Source: Octopus vulgaris
Taxonomy: Eukaryota
DNA length: 64,000 nt
NCBI GenBank assembly: GCA_951406725.2
Contig: OX597817.1
Span: 8,308,001 to 8,372,000 of the forward strand
Direction: 5' to 3'
Positions 55,216 through 64,000 of this stretch are shown piece after piece (positions within the stretch are counted from its first letter, which is position 1; each line of letters starts with the position of its first letter). The position numbers and the translations under genes are program-made. Below the pieces are notes generated by a model. The model saw nothing but the letters and a program-made list of their open reading frames with translations. It did not search any database and was not told where the DNA came from.

Positions 55216-55566
55216 ACACACATATATATATACATACATGCATGTGTGTGTGTATACACACATACACATATATATATATTTGTACTCATATGCATACATA
55301 TAGATTATGTCATATATTTGTTGAAGACATCACACGTGATTTGCAGCTGTCTAAAATTGTCATCAAAATATTATCCCCCTATGAAGCACGATGCTGTCGC
55401 AAAAACGATGCCATCTGTCAAAAAGACTGTCCGGGAATAAATATACAGAATCCACCTGTTATTGAATGGGTACACAAACATCAAGACAAAGAAAACGGGT
55501 GGAACATTCCCATGAAAATATCTGTCAATTGTCAGCATAACATCCCGGATATTTTTTGTTGTTTGG

Positions 55567-55794
55567 TGGCGAGCTGGCAGAATCGTTAGCACGCCGGGCG
55601 AAATGCGTAGCCGTATTTCGTCTGCCGCTACGTTCTGGGTTCAAATTCCGCCGAGGTCGACTTTGCCTTTCATCCTTTCGGGGTCGATAAATTAAGTACC
55701 AGTTACGCACTGGGGTTGATATAATCGACTTAATCCGTTCGTCTGTCCTTGTTTGTCCCCTCTGTGTTTAGCCCGTTGTGGACAGTAAAGAAAT
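55567..55794 (+). mobile_element. SINE family B (Nin/Deu-like domain), full length with 18-bp TSD
   Basis: tggcgagctggcagaatcgttag (A-box), gggttcaaattcc (B-box); TSD atattttttgttgtttgg at 55549-55566 and 55795-55812. Confidence 0.9.
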
Positions 55795-56451
55795 ATATTT
55801 TTTGTTGTTTGGGGGCAGAGAAGAAAAAGTATGTAGAAGTCAGCTGTCTTGCTAATGTGGTGAATATCTCGTTAAAAATCAAAGAGAAAAAGGATAAAGC
55901 TATGGATAACTGCTTCGAAACCTCCAGTTTCTATATTAGGATTACACATTTACATTTATATCTATGGTAATTGGTGCACTTGGCTTTGTGAGTAAATACC
56001 TAACTGGCAGTTTGGATAAGCCGGGATTTTCAGAAAAGAAATCAACCAAGTCGCACTTTATATGAATACAATCCGTAAGTGGAACAATTAAATACTCCAA
56101 GATTTTTCTCAAGTTTAAAATGTGACATGGTTTTCGTTATCAACATTCCAACGCTGAGCTTTGTATCTTTGTTTAGAAACCAACTCCTTCCACAGAGGAA
56201 TAATTTAAGTGTTTAAGAACACACACACATACACACACACATACACACACACACACTTCACATCTGGAATGCCTTTGTGCTTTTGATCACAGATCCTTTA
56301 CACCAGGGTTAACCTAGGGTTAAGACAAAAACAACAATGGCAGCTTTCACGTAGATTTCTCTCTACTGAAATATTAACTCTTCCACGAAGCTTGTTTTCT
56401 GTTATAATGTCAAGGAACTGAAGAATCATCTTGGAGGTTACTCGGCTTACT

Positions 56452-58321
<1,870 letters not shown>

Positions 58322-58972
58322 TATGCCACACAACCACTCCTACGCCCATGTTAGAATTTGAAGTAAAATTTCCTCCTTAACTGACAAAAAAATAAAATGC
58401 CCACCCCATCAAGCAGGACTAACATAACGCACAATATAGTTGTAGATACACTCAGTATAATACTGGATGGTCATGGCTGGAATACATTTTATCGATTTAG
58501 GACTGAGGAGGAGTTTTTTCTTTCGATGATATAAAAAAAAATAGAACAACTCCCCAGACCACTTTCAGGCCTCCTCTATGACTGGTGAAAGGAATGAAGT
58601 TATTCTTAGAGTGGAGAATTAGCTTTGAATTTCAGCAAAAGGGTGGGTACCACTAAAAGCAACTGTGGACCAGATGGTGCTGTAATGGCAAGTGACAGAT
58701 GTCGCATTATCACTCAATAATAATAACAACAACAACAAAAACAACTGCAAAACGTTGCTCTCCATAAAAATTTTACCGATTCCCGGAAAAACGTCACGAG
58801 AAAAAATGTTGTAGGTAAAATCTTACAAACTCTTATCTTGGCTGATTTAATTTTATGGTTTGGTTTCACTTGGAACTAAACAACACCAACATTAATAATT
58901 AGTTCTAAGTTTTGCAGATGGCCTACAATTTTCATAAAGATTGGGAGCGGTGTTAGCCATGTAACCGACCCC

Positions 58973-59350
58973 ATAATAATAATAATGATAATAATAATAA
59001 TGATGATGATGATGACGATGATGACGATGATGACGATGATGACGATGATGACGACGACGACGATGATGACGACGACGACGATGACAATGATGACGACGAT
59101 GATGATGACGATGATGATGATGACGATGATGATGACGATGATGATGATGACGATGATGATGACGATGATGATGACGATGATGATAATGACGATGATGATG
59201 ACGATGATGATGATGACGATGATGATGATGATGACGATGATGATGATGATGATGTTGATGATGATGATGATGACGATGATGATGATGATGATAATAATAA
59301 TAATAATTATAATGCTCTGCTCGCTCACTCAATAATAATAATAATAATGA
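58973..59350. repeat. (GAT)/(GAC)/(AAT) microsatellite
   Basis: Read directly. Confidence 0.93.
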
Positions 59351-60170
59351 TAAGAATTTCTTTATTGGCCGCAATGGCCGGACACAAAACAAATAGGGAC
59401 GATACAATACAAGGGACAAGCGGGATGTTGAACAATGGCGTGTATACAATAAATAAGAAAAAAACGTTAACAAAATAATTAAACAATAAAAAAATTCACC
59501 CAAAAGAGGGAGTTCCTCTCCGGGACCACGGAGGAACCCCACACATTCTGGTTATTCCGACCGTCAGATGCACTTCAGCAGGCACCTCTCACCTTCTCAC
59601 CTCCTCTGGTTTACAAATTAAAGTTAAGAGCAGGCCCTTTCACACGGGCCATCCTCGTCACATTCACCTACCTGTCAACAAATTTACTGGGGTGGGATGG
59701 GGTGTGTTGACGGTATGAAGAACTTCCCACTCTAGTCTCACTTTAGTCGATGAGGGCTTGGCCGAAGAGGAAAGCATCTGTCTTAAGTCCTTACAATCTC
59801 GTCCACCACACTACCTCATTCGCAATAGCCACCAGGCAGAGAAACACTGCCCTTCCTTCCCGGCCAAAGAAAGGCGGCAGGCCGATCTTCATGATGGACT
59901 CGGCTGATAACCGGATCCGTCCTACATGTGTCAACACCTATTTGACAAAGCTCCACAAGTCAATAATGCACAGACACTGGACGATTGCATGCAGTTTCGT
60001 CGCCCTGCGCACACTTCGTGCAGGTCCGTCTGACAGTACTTCCGTGTCTGTAGAGATTGTCTCGAACCGGCAGAGCTCCCCGTTAGTACTGTCAGACCAA
60101 GAATTTCTGGAATTATCCATAGGCCCGGCCCGAAAGTCCCCCCAAAAAGACCAGTTAATTGATCCTTCCC
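59351..60170 (-). mobile_element. L1/Tx1-like LINE 3' fragment
   Basis: Minus strand GALPVRDNLYRHGSTVRRTCTKCAQGDET, frameshift, LHAIVQC...DLWSFV: the CCHC zinc knuckle downstream of the RT; 3' end aataaagaaatt abuts (AAT)n. Confidence 0.7.
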
Positions 60171-60484
60171 GATGCTCAGACTTTTTGATATACTATATTA
60201 ATGAAAACTTGCAGTACTTGTGGATAATTCACGGTCCGCTATAACACATTCTACACGGTAATAATATTAAGGGATTTCCTTCATAATCTTTTGATTAATT
60301 TCAATGAAACCATGTCTATTTTCTACAATCATGTATTCTCTTCTAACCTGTTTTCCTATTCTGGCCTGCGCGAAATATTCTTGCCTGGTATTGTCATTGA
60401 TATTTTGCCTTCTTTCTTGATTAACAATTCTCATTCTTTCCCTTTAATCTTCAGCTTCGTCGTTTATCTCTTTCTTGTTCTCCC

Positions 60485-60533
<49 letters not shown>

Positions 60534-60839
60534 ATCTGCCTCTCTTTTACACACACGCACTTTACCATCCTCTTTCTACAGTATTAAAAATGTTTTACAC
60601 TACAGGAATCTATCGCTACCGTTTTAATAAAAGAGACATGATGAGGATTACAGCTGATAATTAGTGATACGAATAAATATTTCGAAGATGTGGTAACACC
60701 ATTTATTCCGATAAGGGTTTGGCAAAGACTCAATGAAATAGAAAGCACAATCATATTTCAGAGCGATTATGCATAAATACACACTTACACATATACATAC
60801 TTACGTGTGTGTGTGTGTGTGAGTTCATATATGCATGCA

Positions 60840-60878
<39 letters not shown>

Positions 60879-61108
60879 GTGTAGTTTTCTCTTGTGCTTA
60901 AATGTACACTATTTTATAATAAGAATATGTTGTCTATTGACTATTTATACTTGCTAGGCCACTGGTGGTGATATTTCTAACGAACATTCGCTACCCTATA
61001 TATGCATGTATGTATGTATGCATGTCTGTATGTATGTATGCATGTATGTATGTATGTATGTATGTATGTATGTATGTATGTATGTATGTATGTATGTATG
61101 TATGTATG

Positions 61109-61174
<66 letters not shown>

Positions 61175-61964
61175 TCTTCAGTTATATATATAATGCGTGT
61201 GTAATATAATATAATATATATATGTCTACATAATATTAATAACTTAAATGGCATGACATTGCGAAAATTAAGTTGAGGTAATATATTACGATAAACAGAC
61301 GTACTCTCTCTATACTTTCATTGGATACAAATTTATTTTCCCGACAGAAGTGTGTACATATAGGAACTAAATATACACATCTCTTCAGTTATATATATCA
61401 CCTTCATCTGTTTGTAATAGATGGATCAGTTTCGAATTTGAAAGAAATGAACCTCTAGATTTGATCAGAGGTAACCATGAAGAGGTGCGCAATTTCGATT
61501 CGTCATACGTGAAAGAGAGGTCACATAACTTATAGAATGAAGTGTCGTATGCTACACTCGATCTCAGTCGCTGTCAATATAATAGTTTATTGTGGGTGAC
61601 CTTAGAATTTGATGCCTTGATGACGTTCGTAGCTTCCTGATGGGCGTTAACAACGTAAGTGAAATAAAACAACTTTCGAAAGTACGAGAGGTTAAAGTTC
61701 TCGCCACTAACTTGCAGTTGATACCAAGTCACAAATCTATTTGGAAGAGTACATTTTCAGAATATATTTGTAGCTTATTTGATCAGCTTTGTAGAAATGA
61801 AGTTCATCTTATTGGGATTTAAACCGAGAATGTAAAGAGGCGTAAATGGGTACCATAATGCTTTTGTCAAGCTCAATACTGCTTCTCATACTCTAACATC
61901 TGTACTAACATTTAAAAATATTGGGTTTCAAAATTTGGTTTAAGGCCAGCAATTTCGGGGGAGA

Positions 61965-62140
61965 GGTTAAGTCAATTCCATGAACTCCCAAACCTCAACT
62001 GATACTTCTTTTTTATCGAGCCCGAAAGGATGAAAAGTAAAGTCATCCTCGGCAGAATTTGAACTCGAAAAATGTAAAGACGGACGAATTGCCGCTAAGC
62101 ATTTTGCCCGTAGCGGTAACGATTCAGCCAGATCGCCGCC
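61965..62140 (-). mobile_element. Diverged SINE family B
   Basis: ttttatcgagcccgaaaggatgaaaagtaaagtcatcctcggcagaatttgaactc...gctaagcattttgcccg...taacgattcagccagatcgcc. Confidence 0.75.
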
Positions 62141-63030
62141 TTCCTGACACATAAAATATTAAGCAGAAATATTTGTTTAATATTTTCCTCTCTATTAGGA
62201 CAATGGTTTGGCAGTCTAAATGTCTTACGGTATTTGGTTATGTCCCTTTAGAGCCTGCGATTAAATACCACCAAGGTCGACTCTACTTTTTACTCTTCAA
62301 AGGTCGATAAATTAAATGTTAGGCTTGTGTAGTTTATGCTAATCGAACGTATCTATCTCTGCCTTGAAAAAGTGTTATCTTATGTCATTGTAAACAAAAT
62401 CAATATTTTATTATATTAAATAATTTATCCAATAAATTTGACTTTCAGTCATGTTGTGAAGATGCAGCTTCTCCACAGAGTTATCTAAACCATTCTAGCC
62501 CGCCCCCGCAATTCACTCTATTTCTCATGTGTGTCATTGCATTGCTGTGAAGTGAGAATATAAAACATGTTTTAATAACTTTTAACGTTGAACGAAAGTT
62601 TATCAAATATCATTCTATATTTTCAGTGACATCTGGTTTTCACTGCATTTCCTCATTTTGGGGATTCGTGCCAGCGGTTTAACCTTTTGTTTATTGTCTT
62701 CATACGAACTAGGCTACTAGACTCTGGCGCCATCTGCCTCCCACTTACGTTTATATAAGACTGTAATTCTGGTACACAGAATCCCTTATTGTTTCAGGCA
62801 AATTCCAGCCATGTGATGGAGCAACAAAAATGTAAAATATTATGCTATTCAATGCCAATATTAAGTGAGAATGTAAAGATTGCATCGCGAAAAGGAACTT
62901 CTCACGTAGACACATGTTTATCCATTTATGACAGAGGGTGTATTTAGTGGTAGAAAATCACTTCTGAATATTCAATTATTTTACGATTCTTTTACGGTTT
63001 CATCAACAAGCAATTATATAATGTTGCATT

Positions 63031-63493
<463 letters not shown>

Positions 63494-63664
63494 TTTTTTC
63501 TCGATCACTTTTGATCGGAATTTTACATTTTTTTTCTTCTTTTTCTTCTTTTTTTCATTTTCGAAAAGAAAAGCTCTATATTTGTATTTGTCCCCTCTGT
63601 GTTCATCCCTGTGTAGCCAATAAAGAAAGTTACCTATCTAGCTATCTGTATGTCTGTCTGCCTA

Positions 63665-63744
<80 letters not shown>

Positions 63745-64000
63745 CCAAGCTAGCTAGCTATTTGTATGTCTGCCTGTCTACCTGTCTGTCTTTGGGTTTA
63801 TGTATACGTATGTCTGTGAGGATGTTTTATAATTTATTCAATGTTAAGTGACTCTTCCAGGGTTAGTTCTGTTGCATTTTTGGAGAGTCTGAGGAACTTT
63901 CCAGTTACGTAACTCTACTATTGTAATAGTCATCATCAAATAGATTAATATATACACCAATTGATGTATTGACTACTGCCGTTTCTAACGGAGTCATCAT

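Overview
AT-rich, microsatellite-saturated eukaryotic non-coding DNA. The SINE repertoire points to an octopus genome (inference). I found no credible host protein-coding exon; almost all listed ORFs are translated microsatellites. The window holds many copies of three or four tRNA-derived SINE families, decayed LINEs (RTE, R4/Dong in (AAT)n, CR1-like, L1/Tx1-like), DNA transposon relics (Tc1, mariner, an intron-containing pogo-like element, a MITE) and many short Penelope-like repeats sitting in (TA)n tracts. The main result is a set of type I hammerhead ribozyme (HHR) motifs. The best is a 476-bp retrozyme-like insertion (26317-26792): about 1.3 copies of a 355-nt, highly structured unit with a U3-A8 variant hammerhead, flanked by an 11-bp target-site duplication. 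Also present are an intact canonical hammerhead (44785-44878, minus strand), a foldback carrying twin U3-A8 hammerheads (12697-12985) and several decayed copies. All structures were paired by eye; no folding or database search was run.
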